Shown here: positions 1 through 9,548 of the stretch, piece after piece
How the letters are laid out: each line of letters begins with the position of its first letter
Position numbering within the stretch: position 1 is the first letter of the stretch
DNA from: a bacterium
Lineage (GTDB): Bacteria; UBA8248
Direction: 5' to 3'
Length of the DNA stretch: 64,000 nt
Assembly (NCBI GenBank): GCA_965200245.1
Contig: CBDATS010000015.1
Location: 224,001 to 288,000 of the forward strand
Made by a program: the position numbers and the translations under genes
Notes under the pieces: model-generated
Databases searched by the model: none
The model's input: the letters and a program-made list of their open reading frames with translations, nothing else
Told to the model about the DNA's origin: nothing

Positions 1-167
1 TTGCCTCTCGTGAGCTATTGTCCCCAAATGGTCTATATTATGTCAAAATCAGAGCGCGCTTGAATCATGTGGATTTTGTTTTTCCGTTTAACTACTTGCT
101 TGCTTTTTGGGGCAAGAAGTCTGACTGGAGCTATTCCCGGACATTTAGTTCTCAAGGAATGTGAGTT

Positions 168-2429
168 GTGGATTCAAATAGTCAGAAAAGTCTAGACATT
201 TCATTGTGCCGACGAAGAATCCTTTTGCGATCGTTGTTCGCTTTAATCGTTATAGCGACTCTTTCTTTCACGACTTGGATATATTTCGAAGAACTTGAAC
301 CGGAAGTTCCCCTCCTCAACAATGTCGTCATATTTGCGCTTATAAACTTGAGCATCATTCTGCTCATGGTAGTTATTCTCCTGGTGGCGAAGAACCTGGT
401 GCGTCTTTATTACGAAGGAACAACCGTCGGGCGTTCACGCTTGCAATTAAAGCTTGTGTTGGCATTTGTCGGATTTACGCTCATTCCTGCAGTGGCTCTT
501 TTTGTCGTGGCTAGTGGCTTGATTAACCAGAGTTTTAATGCTTTGTTCAACATGAATGTAGAGCGTGTGCTTAAAGGGTCATTCGAGGTGGCTCAAACCT
601 ATTATCGAGAGGTGGAGCGAAACGCACTATTCAGTGCGAGTCGACTTGTACTTAAGTTGGAGAAGACACGTCCTGACAAATTGGAAAATCCCAAGGCAAT
701 CGAAAAAATACTGGAGTCTGAAAGAAAGGACTTGGGGGTGGATTTCATCCAGTTCTACGATAGGGATAGGAAGGAGATTGTATCGGTCAGGCGGCCGGGA
801 GTGGAGTCATCCTCCAGGTTCTCGCCACTGGTGGGATACGTGGAACAAGTAATCGGTGGGGAATCACATTCAAGTATAGAAAGCTGGGAAAAAGGCGATG
901 TCATCTATGGCGTGTCGCCACTGAAGGTTCAAAAAAAAGTGGTGGGGTTTGTTGTTGTTTCTAAATTTGTGCCTGAAAATTTAGTTGCAAAGGTAAAAAG
1001 CATATCGGACTCTTTTGTGAATTACAAAGAATTGGAACTCTCCAAGAATCCAATCAAAGCGAACTACATCATCACTTTTTTGGTTGTCACCTTGCTGATT
1101 CTGTTTGCCGCCATTTGGTTTGGATTCTATCTGGCTCGCGGCATCACGGTTCCGATCGAAAAATTAGCGGAAGCTACGAGGGCGGTATCAGAGGGCAACC
1201 TGGAACATCGTGTTGATACACATGCGGGTGACGAGGTGGGAATTTTGGTTCGCGCATTCAACAATATGACAGAGGAGTTATTGGCCAACAAGGAGAAAAT
1301 CGAAGAATCTTCGGAGACCCTTCGCCGCTCCAATCTGGAGATAGACAGGAGGCGAAGGTATATGGAAGCGATGCTCGAAAATATCGGAGCCGGTGTGGTA
1401 TCAATCAATCGACGTGGTCGCATTACCATCCTCAACAAAGCAGCTGGAGAATTGCTGGGCATTGAGCCTCATCGTGCAGTAGGGCGAATGTTCAGCGAGG
1501 TTTTTGAAAACACGCACCTCGAACCGGTTCGCCAGTTGATGCGTTCGATGAGGGGAAAAAACCACCAAAGCGCATCAAAGCAAGTGGAAATCATGATTGA
1601 CGGGCGCGTGCTCACGCTGCGCGCGAGTTTGACTCTGCTCAATAGTGCGGATGGGGGCCGTCTTGGAGCTGTTATTGTGTTTGATGATATGACCGCCTTG
1701 ATACGTGCCCAGAAAGTGGCTGCATGGCAGGAAGTGGCTCAAGGTATCGCGCATGAGATCAAGAATCCACTTACGCCGATCCAACTGTCCGCTCAGAGGA
1801 TGAGAAGAAAATTTGAAAGTGAAGCGTATGATTTCGAGGAAGTATTTGATTCTTGTACGGATACCATTATTAGCCAGGTGACGAGCCTGATTGAAATGGT
1901 GGATGAGTTCAGTCGATTTGCTCGGATGCCGGAGCCGAGATTGAGGTTTTGCGCGTTTGTACCACTAGTCGAAGACGTGGCGAATTTATATCGTGGCAGG
2001 AAGGGGTCGGTGGAATTTTCCATTCAAATCAACGCGGTGAATACAGCGGTCATGGCGGATCCCGAGCAATTACAGCGTGTGTTCATGAATTTGCTGGAAA
2101 ACGCTTTCGAGTCCCACAAGTTTGGGGGCGTGGTCGATTTGCAAGCATGGAGCGATCAAGACAGGCATATGATAGTCGTTGAGGTCGCTGATCAGGGGCA
2201 GGGCATATCGGAAAACATGAAGGGGCATATATTTTCGCCATATTTCTCCACGAAAAATAGAGGCTCTGGGTTGGGTTTGGCCATTTGCCAGCGAATTTTA
2301 GCGGATCACCATGGAACGATAAGCGTCCGAGACAATCATCCTGTGGGTTCCATTTTTCGTGTCACATTGCCGTTGGCACCTGCTTCGGGTGTCCCGCCCC
2401 AAAAACAAAGGATGGCTTCGATTGGATAA
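168..2429 (+). CDS. ntrY: NtrY-like membrane sensor histidine kinase (HAMP, PAS, HisKA, HATPase)
   Basis: Several N-terminal TM helices; HAMP (ITVPIEKLAEATRAVSEGNL); H-box AWQEVAQGIAHEIKNPLTPIQLSA typical of NtrY; FSTKNRGSGLGLAI G boxes. Confidence 0.9.
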   Translation: MDSNSQKSLDISLCRRRILLRSLFALIVIATLSFTTWIYFEELEPEVPLLNNVVIFALINLSIILLMVVILLVAKNLVRLYYEGTTVGRSRLQLKLVLAFVGFTLIPAVALFVVASGLINQSFNALFNMNVERVLKGSFEVAQTYYREVERNALFSASRLVLKLEKTRPDKLENPKAIEKILESERKDLGVDFIQFYDRDRKEIVSVRRPGVESSSRFSPLVGYVEQVIGGESHSSIESWEKGDVIYGVSPLKVQKKVVGFVVVSKFVPENLVAKVKSISDSFVNYKELELSKNPIKANYIITFLVVTLLILFAAIWFGFYLARGITVPIEKLAEATRAVSEGNLEHRVDTHAGDEVGILVRAFNNMTEELLANKEKIEESSETLRRSNLEIDRRRRYMEAMLENIGAGVVSINRRGRITILNKAAGELLGIEPHRAVGRMFSEVFENTHLEPVRQLMRSMRGKNHQSASKQVEIMIDGRVLTLRASLTLLNSADGGRLGAVIVFDDMTALIRAQKVAAWQEVAQGIAHEIKNPLTPIQLSAQRMRRKFESEAYDFEEVFDSCTDTIISQVTSLIEMVDEFSRFARMPEPRLRFCAFVPLVEDVANLYRGRKGSVEFSIQINAVNTAVMADPEQLQRVFMNLLENAFESHKFGGVVDLQAWSDQDRHMIVVEVADQGQGISENMKGHIFSPYFSTKNRGSGLGLAICQRILADHHGTISVRDNHPVGSIFRVTLPLAPASGVPPQKQRMASIG

Positions 2430-4554
2430 GGGACATGTCCTCATCGTCGATGATGAGCCTGAAATTCTCGCGAGTCTGGAAGGTGTTTTGCAAGATGAAG
2501 GCTATCGCGTAGAGCAGGCGGATTCTGGTGAATACGCTCTTCATCTGATCCGAACCGAAACCCCGGATGTGGTTTTAGTTGACATATGGATGCCGGGAAT
2601 CGATGGGATTAAGACCTTGCAAGCGGTCAAAAGTTTGGATGCGTATGTTGAAGTCGTTGTGATGTCAGGACACGGAAGCATAGAAACTGCCGTTACCGCC
2701 ACAAAATTGGGAGCCTTCAATTTTATTGAAAAACCTCTTTCCATCGATACAGTTTTGCGCATAGTCGATTCTGCTGTTCGATCTCGAAAGTCTAAGGAGT
2801 TCAAGACAAGTGCGGTAGCCGGTATGATGTTGGATGGCACCAGTAAAAGTATTCAGACAGTCCGAAAAACTATCCGGAGAGTTGCTGGAGAAACTGGTCC
2901 CTTGTTGGTAGCAGGTGAAAGAGGAACCGGCAAGCGATTTATTGCAAGGGTAATTCAAAAGAACAGCCTTGGGCCAGAGCGGGACTTCAGACCTGTTCAT
3001 TGCCGATCGCTATTTCCCAAAACAGAGAAAAAACAATGGAAAGAAACAATCGCGAGGCTTGTGCCCGATACATTTCAGGGCGTGGTATATCTTGATGGGC
3101 TGGAACATGTGCCGGTGGCGGAGAGAGAGACTCTGCTATTGCAACTGATCAAGTCTCTGAACGATTCGATGCGGTTAATCATATCCTTTGCTCATGTCGG
3201 TGCTTCGAGGGACAAAACCTATGTACGAACTTTGTCTGCAAACATTGGTGCTGATGTAATACATTTGCCCTCCTTACGCGAACGCAGAGCAGACATCTTG
3301 CCATTGGCCAATAGGTTTTTGGCTGAATGCGTCGAAGTGGGTGGGAACGAAAAGGAATTCTCCGAAGATGTTGTTGTGCTTCTGAAAGAATATGATTGGC
3401 CGGGCAATATCGCGGAACTGAAAGGGGTGGTGACCAATGCGGCGTATGCATCGAAAGGAACGGAGATTCGCATTGGGCACATGCCGCATTTCGTACGAGA
3501 GACTTCCGCTTTTGGTACGGATGCATCGGAGGACACAACGCCTTCGAATTTTGATATGGCCAGAACCCAATGGGAAAGACAGTATCTCACCTTTCATTTG
3601 GAGGAGAACGGCTGGAACATCAACAAAACCGCAGAAGTGGTTGGCATGGCGAGGTCTGTCTTAAAGCGGAAAATCAGATTATATAAAATCAAGCCGCTAT
3701 CATCTGTGCCAACTAAGCTGAGAGCGGCGAGCCAGCGGAGTATTTCGAAGAGTGTCGTGCTGTATGGTCGGGGGCTTCATTCAGGATTGAAAACTGGTTT
3801 AATCATTGAGCCCATGCCTCTGGGAAGCGGGATTCAGTTCGGCAACCTGACAAGCCCTGACATCGTGAAAGCGAATATCGATTTCGTGGATGGAACCAAC
3901 CATGCGACCAACTTACGAAACGGAGCGGTGACGGCTCGAACGATTGAGCATCTCATGAGTGCGCTGCATGCATACAAGATCAGCAACATTCTCATAAAGT
4001 TGAACGAGGAAGTTCCCGTCATGGATGGGTCGGCAGTGGAATTTTGTCGCTTGCTTGAAGAGGCAGGCATTGAGACTCAGAAAGAAAACCGCGAAGATTT
4101 ATGGGTTGATAAGGTTTACGAAGTTGGTGATCCGGATGATGAGAAGGGCTGTATTCGCATTGAACCGTCGGATTCTTTCTCGATTTCATATCTCTTGGAT
4201 TACCCTGATCCGATTGGGAAACAATCTTACTTGTATGAACACAAAAATGCATTAAGTTTTCAGGAAGAAATCGCACCGGCTCGTACGTTCGGTTTTGTAT
4301 CGGAATTGGAAGCGCTCGAAAAAATGGGGTTGGCCGAGGGAGGTCGATGGGACAACGTGATCCTCGTGGATAAGACCCGTGTCGTGAATACCCAATTGCG
4401 ATTTCCTGATGAGTTCGTTCGTCATAAAATTTTGGATATCATTGGAGATCTGTATTTAATCGGTAGGCCGATTCGAGGCAAAGTAACCGCCGAAAGGAGT
4501 GGTCATCGGCACAATGTCGCTTTAGTCAAGAAACTAATAGAAGCCCATGGCTGA
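2422..4554 (+). CDS. lpxC: Fusion: NtrX-like response regulator (receiver, degenerate AAA+, Fis-type HTH) + LpxC UDP-3-O-acyl-GlcNAc deacetylase
   Basis: Receiver VLIVDDE..LVDIWMPG..FIEKP; Walker A GERGTGK; DWPGNIAEL; HTH WNINKTAEVVGMARSVLKRKI; from ~3733 an LpxC domain (GRGLHSG, TIEHLMSAL, EVPVMDGSA, IAPARTFGF, RHKILDIIGDL, SGH). Probable TTG start at 2422 overlaps the ntrY stop; ORF track starts at 2359. Confidence 0.9.
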   Translation: MDKGHVLIVDDEPEILASLEGVLQDEGYRVEQADSGEYALHLIRTETPDVVLVDIWMPGIDGIKTLQAVKSLDAYVEVVVMSGHGSIETAVTATKLGAFNFIEKPLSIDTVLRIVDSAVRSRKSKEFKTSAVAGMMLDGTSKSIQTVRKTIRRVAGETGPLLVAGERGTGKRFIARVIQKNSLGPERDFRPVHCRSLFPKTEKKQWKETIARLVPDTFQGVVYLDGLEHVPVAERETLLLQLIKSLNDSMRLIISFAHVGASRDKTYVRTLSANIGADVIHLPSLRERRADILPLANRFLAECVEVGGNEKEFSEDVVVLLKEYDWPGNIAELKGVVTNAAYASKGTEIRIGHMPHFVRETSAFGTDASEDTTPSNFDMARTQWERQYLTFHLEENGWNINKTAEVVGMARSVLKRKIRLYKIKPLSSVPTKLRAASQRSISKSVVLYGRGLHSGLKTGLIIEPMPLGSGIQFGNLTSPDIVKANIDFVDGTNHATNLRNGAVTARTIEHLMSALHAYKISNILIKLNEEVPVMDGSAVEFCRLLEEAGIETQKENREDLWVDKVYEVGDPDDEKGCIRIEPSDSFSISYLLDYPDPIGKQSYLYEHKNALSFQEEIAPARTFGFVSELEALEKMGLAEGGRWDNVILVDKTRVVNTQLRFPDEFVRHKILDIIGDLYLIGRPIRGKVTAERSGHRHNVALVKKLIEAHG

Positions 4555-4606
4555 TTTCGAATTTCGTCCGAACCGTTCCGCTTCCTGAAACCATGGAACA
4601 TTACTG

Positions 4607-5659
4607 TTGAACGAATATCGCCTGACATACCGCGACGCGGGCGTCGACGTGGGTTTGGGGGAGGGGTTCGCTCAAGCTATCTCTCAGATAGCAAAATCCA
4701 CTCATGACAGCCAAAAGGGCCGTATCTTGCGCGGACCATCGGATTTTGCAGGCTGGTTTCGGCTCGGGAAATATGAAGATCCTGTAATCGTTTCAGGCAC
4801 AGACGGCGTTGGCACAAAATTGCTTCTGGCTCAGGAATTCGGGCGACATGATACTGTCGGAATTGATTTGGTGGCCATGTGCGTTAATGACATCTTAACC
4901 ACAGGAGCAGAACCGCTTTTTTTTCTTGACTACATAGCGACAGGCAAGATTGACGAAAGTGTTTTGAAGACGGTCGTGTCCGGTATCGCTCAAGGATGTC
5001 GTGAGGCGGGCTGTGCTCTCCTCGGAGGCGAGACGGCCGAAATGCCTGGTATGTATAAACCAAATGTGTACGACCTCGCCGGATTCGCTGTAGGCGTTGT
5101 GGAACGCAAGGCGTTGGACAATTATACGCGCGTGAAAGCAGGTGACGCCATACTGGCGCTGCCTTCCTCAGGAATACATAGTAACGGATATTCCATGGTG
5201 CGGAAGATATTCGACTCGAAAGAAACACGGAGTGAGGCAACGCGAAGACTGGGCATACCTATCGAGGATGTTTTGTTGGAGCCGACTCGTATTTTCACTA
5301 AAGGAGCGAATTGCATCCGAGGTGATGAGAGTGTAAGCGATATCGCGCACATTACGGGAGGCGGCATTCCGGGAAACGTGAGTCGTGTGATGCCGGATGA
5401 TTTGCAAGCGATCTTTCATCCAGAAAAATGGGCGACGCCGGAGATATTTCAATTGATCCGGGAGTTTGGCCCGATTGATTACGCAGAGATGTATCGCACT
5501 TTTAACATGGGGTTAGGCTTTGTCTTCTTCGTGAGGGCGGAGCGTGTGGACTCTTTACTCGAAGATTTCCAGAACGCAGGTGAGGAAACTATGGTTGTCG
5601 GTGAGGTAGTCAAGATGCCGAAATCCGGCCGTTCTGTTGTAATAGAGGGCAAATTTTAG
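4607..5659 (+). CDS. purM: Phosphoribosylformylglycinamidine cyclo-ligase
   Basis: TYRDAGVD, GTDGVGTK, GGETAEMPG, SSGIHSNGYS, HITGGG, RTFNMG. Confidence 0.97.
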   Translation: MNEYRLTYRDAGVDVGLGEGFAQAISQIAKSTHDSQKGRILRGPSDFAGWFRLGKYEDPVIVSGTDGVGTKLLLAQEFGRHDTVGIDLVAMCVNDILTTGAEPLFFLDYIATGKIDESVLKTVVSGIAQGCREAGCALLGGETAEMPGMYKPNVYDLAGFAVGVVERKALDNYTRVKAGDAILALPSSGIHSNGYSMVRKIFDSKETRSEATRRLGIPIEDVLLEPTRIFTKGANCIRGDESVSDIAHITGGGIPGNVSRVMPDDLQAIFHPEKWATPEIFQLIREFGPIDYAEMYRTFNMGLGFVFFVRAERVDSLLEDFQNAGEETMVVGEVVKMPKSGRSVVIEGKF

Positions 5660-6312
5660 TGTATTCAAATACACGGTTGCGTGTGGGCGTTTTGGCTTCG
5701 GGTCGTGGATCGAACTTGCAGGCCCTGATCGATTCTGGGCGGAACCTGAATTTTCCGGCGGAAGTCGTCTTGGTTTTAAGCGACAGGAAAAAGGCGTACG
5801 CGCTCGAACGCGCCTCAAAAGCTGGAATACAGAATCAGTATCTGTCTCCCGGGGACGATGGTTTTTTTGATAAAATGGGAGATGCAATCGAGAGGTGTGG
5901 AATTGGACTAGTCTGTTGCGCCGGTTTTATGCGCGTATTGCCGCCGAGATTCGTGAGCCGTTTTGCAGGGAAAATCATCAACATTCACCCTTCGCTTCTA
6001 CCGAGTTTCCCTGGGCTGCACGCACAAAAAAAAGCCTTGGACGCCGGGGTAAGGGTGACTGGCTGCACGGTCCACTTCGTAGACGAGGGGGTGGATACGG
6101 GGCCGATTATTTTACAAGCCGCCGTGCCTGTGTTGCCTGCTGACAATGAAAAAAAACTTTCAGAAAGAATTCTCGCTTATGAACATCGCTTATATCCTTT
6201 GGCAGTGCGGCTCATCGCCGAGGGGCATGTTCACAGCGTCGATGGGGTCGTGCAATTTGCAGTGGACGCTGGCATTGATATCAGAGGCTTCATTTCGCCC
6301 GTCTCCGAATAG
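5659..6312 (+). CDS. purN: Phosphoribosylglycinamide formyltransferase
   Basis: ASGRGSNLQA, INIHPSLLP, GCTVHFVDEGVDTGPII. Confidence 0.97.
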   Translation: MYSNTRLRVGVLASGRGSNLQALIDSGRNLNFPAEVVLVLSDRKKAYALERASKAGIQNQYLSPGDDGFFDKMGDAIERCGIGLVCCAGFMRVLPPRFVSRFAGKIINIHPSLLPSFPGLHAQKKALDAGVRVTGCTVHFVDEGVDTGPIILQAAVPVLPADNEKKLSERILAYEHRLYPLAVRLIAEGHVHSVDGVVQFAVDAGIDIRGFISPVSE

Positions 6313-6335
6313 TCTTCATATAGGATTTCAAGGAT

Positions 6336-7067
6336 TTGCTTAAGCTAAGTTGCTGTATATCGATAGTTGGATTTTCATTTTTCCTTTCTTTGCATTTCTT
6401 CGTTCCCGCGGTATCGCAGGGGGGAGAATCGCATGAGGAAGCGGAGAAAATAATCGCTGCACTCCAGAAAAAATATGAAGCCCTGGAATCTTTGCAAGCC
6501 GCATTTGAACAGAAAAATGAATTGAAATCCCTTGGACGAACAACGAGGTCAAAAGGTCACCTTTCCTGGAAAAAGCCCGGAAAATTGCGCATGGAATATG
6601 TCGAGCCGGAAAGACAGGTTCTGGTCTCTGATGGTCGCTCGTTTTGGCTTTACACGGCTCGCCTGAAGCAGGTGATGGTTTCCAGGAACGGGGGCTTCGG
6701 TTTTGGTACCACCCCTTTGTTGTTCTTGTCGGGTAAGGGAAATCTGAAGAGGAATTTTTTTGTGGCAGTGGAAGAAGTTGGAATTGCCAGACGAAGCGGA
6801 GGAATCTGGAAAGCTGGGCAGCCTCATCGCATTCGCCTGGAACCAAGATCTACGGGTGCTTCGTTTCGTCGCATGTGGATAGAGACGGAGGCTGAAAATT
6901 TCCGAATCCTTACTTTGGCATATATTGATAATTTCGGTAACAAAAGTCACCTTCGGTTTTCAAATGTCAAAGAAAACGTCAGAATCACACAAGAGGAATT
7001 TAGGTTCATAGTGCCGCCAAATGCCGAAGTTCTCCAGATGCCGTCTCAGAACAATCAGCGAAAATAA
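6336..7067 (+). CDS. lolA: Outer-membrane lipoprotein carrier LolA family protein
   Basis: Signal-like N-terminus; SLQAAFEQ, KKPGKLRMEYVEPERQVLVSDGRSFWLY, C-terminal FRFIVPPNAEV; start uncertain. Confidence 0.85.
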   Translation: MLKLSCCISIVGFSFFLSLHFFVPAVSQGGESHEEAEKIIAALQKKYEALESLQAAFEQKNELKSLGRTTRSKGHLSWKKPGKLRMEYVEPERQVLVSDGRSFWLYTARLKQVMVSRNGGFGFGTTPLLFLSGKGNLKRNFFVAVEEVGIARRSGGIWKAGQPHRIRLEPRSTGASFRRMWIETEAENFRILTLAYIDNFGNKSHLRFSNVKENVRITQEEFRFIVPPNAEVLQMPSQNNQRK

Positions 7068-7081
7068 GGAATCATTCGAGA

Positions 7082-8278
7082 ATGGCAATGCAAATCATCA
7101 ACTGGGTGATGGGTTTTGGGCAGACGATTTTCTGGGCTGTGCTGGTTTTGGGGCTACTCATTTTTATCCATGAGTTGGGACACCACCTCGTCGCGAAATG
7201 GCTCAAAATCGGCGTATCTACGTTTTCCTTGGGTTTTGGTCGTCGTATCTGGGGTTTTCAGCGAGGTGAGACGGAATATCGTGTCTCTCTGATTCCCTTG
7301 GGAGGTTATGTGAAACTCGTAGGAGAGGACCCTGAAGTGCAGCCTGATAATCCTTCTGCACCCAGAGAGCCAGATGAGCCGGAAAAATCATTCTATTTGC
7401 GTCCTGTGAGCCACCGATTCGCGGTCATTTCGGCGGGACCGCTATTTAATGTCGTCCTCGCGATTCTCCTTAGTTGGGGTTTGCACATCTGGGGTATTCC
7501 TGTGCCGGGGACGTGGGTTGGTGGTGTATTGCTCAATATGCCTGCGCAACAGGCGAATCTCCAAACCGGCGATCATATCTTAGCTATTGATGGAAAGCAG
7601 ATTCAAAAATGGTCCGAACTCGTTGAAATTGTGCGGAAAAATGCCGACAACAAACTCGTATTTACAGTGGACCGCGATCGTAGAATTTTTGAAACGTCCA
7701 TTATCCCGACATCGAAGAACGAGGCGGGCAAAGATTTAGGTTATGGCCGAATCGGCATCAATATCGGTCAAGGCACCTACACTGAACGCTTTGGCCTCCT
7801 CGAATCCTTGGGCAAGGGGTTCGTGCAAAACTACCGCATTGCTAGCTTGACTGTCTTGACACTGTACTCGATGCTCACGAAGACCATTCCGGCGGATATC
7901 GGCGGTCCGATTCGCATTTCCGTGGTGGCCGCGGAGCAAGCGCAGCGCGGATTCCGTTATCTCGTCATGTTCACAATTTTACTGAGCGTTAATCTGGCGA
8001 TTCTGAACTTGTTGCCAATACCGGTTCTCGATGGAGGGCATATTTTTTTCTTGCTTATCGAAGGCTTGCGTGGCAAACCTATAAGCCTCAGGGTTCGGGA
8101 GATGGCTATGCAGGTTGGCACCGTGCTTCTCATTGGATTGATGATCTTTGCTACCTACAAGGACAGCGTGTATTATCTCTTCAGGAGCGAACCGGAGACT
8201 GTTATGAAAAAAGAAAATCAAGAAGAAAAGGTGAAGGACACCTCAAAACCAACTCCTGCGCCCTCAAAAAATGAATAG
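7082..8278 (+). CDS. rseP: RIP metalloprotease RseP (PDZ)
   Basis: HELGH, IPLGGYVKL, AGPLFN, NLLPIPVLDGGH. Confidence 0.95.
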   Translation: MAMQIINWVMGFGQTIFWAVLVLGLLIFIHELGHHLVAKWLKIGVSTFSLGFGRRIWGFQRGETEYRVSLIPLGGYVKLVGEDPEVQPDNPSAPREPDEPEKSFYLRPVSHRFAVISAGPLFNVVLAILLSWGLHIWGIPVPGTWVGGVLLNMPAQQANLQTGDHILAIDGKQIQKWSELVEIVRKNADNKLVFTVDRDRRIFETSIIPTSKNEAGKDLGYGRIGINIGQGTYTERFGLLESLGKGFVQNYRIASLTVLTLYSMLTKTIPADIGGPIRISVVAAEQAQRGFRYLVMFTILLSVNLAILNLLPIPVLDGGHIFFLLIEGLRGKPISLRVREMAMQVGTVLLIGLMIFATYKDSVYYLFRSEPETVMKKENQEEKVKDTSKPTPAPSKNE

Positions 8279-8283
8279 GGAGT

Positions 8284-9534
8284 GTGGCGATGTTTGATCC
8301 CTTTACTGACGACGTTTTTTATACGAAACCCATACCGGGAGTTGGCCTCCCTCCCAAAGAGCAGGGTAGTACTTCCTTGCCAATGCTTGAAATGGATGAT
8401 ACGGGTGAAGCATTGCCTTGCGCGGACCCTTCTTTATTTCCGCTGAATCGTCGAAAAAGCACTCAAGTAGAAGTACGAGGAGTCAAAATCGGCGGTGGCG
8501 CTCCTATCGTCGTGCAATCAATGTGCAATACCTACACGCACGATGTCGAGGCAACCGTAGCTCAAATAGAGCGCCTGGAAACCGCAGGATGTGAAATCGT
8601 GCGTTTGGCTGTTCCTGATGAGAAATCGGCGAATGCGCTCTATGAAATCAGAAAGCGCACCGAAATGCCCTTGGTGGCGGATATCCATTTCGACTATCGC
8701 TACGCCTTGGTGGCGGCGGATGCGGGCATCGATTGCTTGCGCATCAATCCCGGCAACATCAATGGAGAAAAAAGGGTGAGCGAAGTGGTTGCCTCCGCAA
8801 AAGACCATGGCTTGCCCATTCGTGTGGGTGTCAATGCGGGTTCTTTGGAAAAGCACCTGCTCGACCGATTTGGCGGTGCTACGCCCGAGGCGATGGTGGA
8901 AAGTGGTTTGCGTCACGTCGCGATGCTAGAGAAACGAAATTTTTATGACGCGAAAATCTCCCTGAAGGCTTCCGATGTCGCTCGGGCGGTGAAAGCCTAT
9001 CGTTTGATGGCAAAACGAGTCGAGTATCCTCTTCACCTAGGCATAACGGAGAGTGGGAGCCTCCAGACGGGCAGCATAAAGAGTGCTGTTGGTCTGGGTA
9101 TCCTTCTGGCGGAAGGTATTGGCGACACCATCCGCGTATCCTTGGCGGCGGATCCGGTGGAAGAGGTGCGTGTGGGATACGAAATTCTCAAAAGCCTGAA
9201 ATTACGCCAAAAGGGAGTAAATGTTGTCGCGTGTCCTTCATGCGGCCGCGTCCAGATTGACGTGGACAAGCTTACGATGGAAGTTGAGCAGGAACTTGCG
9301 CATATTAATGCCCCAATCACGGTGGCTGTCATGGGTTGTGAAGTAAACGGCCCGGGCGAAGCGAGAGACGCAGACATCGGCGTGGCTGGCGGTCATAAGC
9401 GAGCCCTGATATTCATGAAAGGTGAAAAATCGGGCTTAGTGTCCTACGATGAAATCAAGAAAAACCTGGTCGAGCGTGTAGAAGAACTCGCGGCTCAATA
9501 CGAAAATGGCAATTCTGAAGTAGTTCATTCCTGA
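8284..9534 (+). CDS. ispG: HMBPP synthase (flavodoxin-dependent)
   Basis: IVVQSM, PLVADIHFDY, RINPGNI, GVNAGSL, GIGDTIRVSL, CPSCGR, AVMGCEVNGPGEA. Confidence 0.96.
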   Translation: MAMFDPFTDDVFYTKPIPGVGLPPKEQGSTSLPMLEMDDTGEALPCADPSLFPLNRRKSTQVEVRGVKIGGGAPIVVQSMCNTYTHDVEATVAQIERLETAGCEIVRLAVPDEKSANALYEIRKRTEMPLVADIHFDYRYALVAADAGIDCLRINPGNINGEKRVSEVVASAKDHGLPIRVGVNAGSLEKHLLDRFGGATPEAMVESGLRHVAMLEKRNFYDAKISLKASDVARAVKAYRLMAKRVEYPLHLGITESGSLQTGSIKSAVGLGILLAEGIGDTIRVSLAADPVEEVRVGYEILKSLKLRQKGVNVVACPSCGRVQIDVDKLTMEVEQELAHINAPITVAVMGCEVNGPGEARDADIGVAGGHKRALIFMKGEKSGLVSYDEIKKNLVERVEELAAQYENGNSEVVHS

Positions 9535-9548
9535 GAAAAATCTGATTC

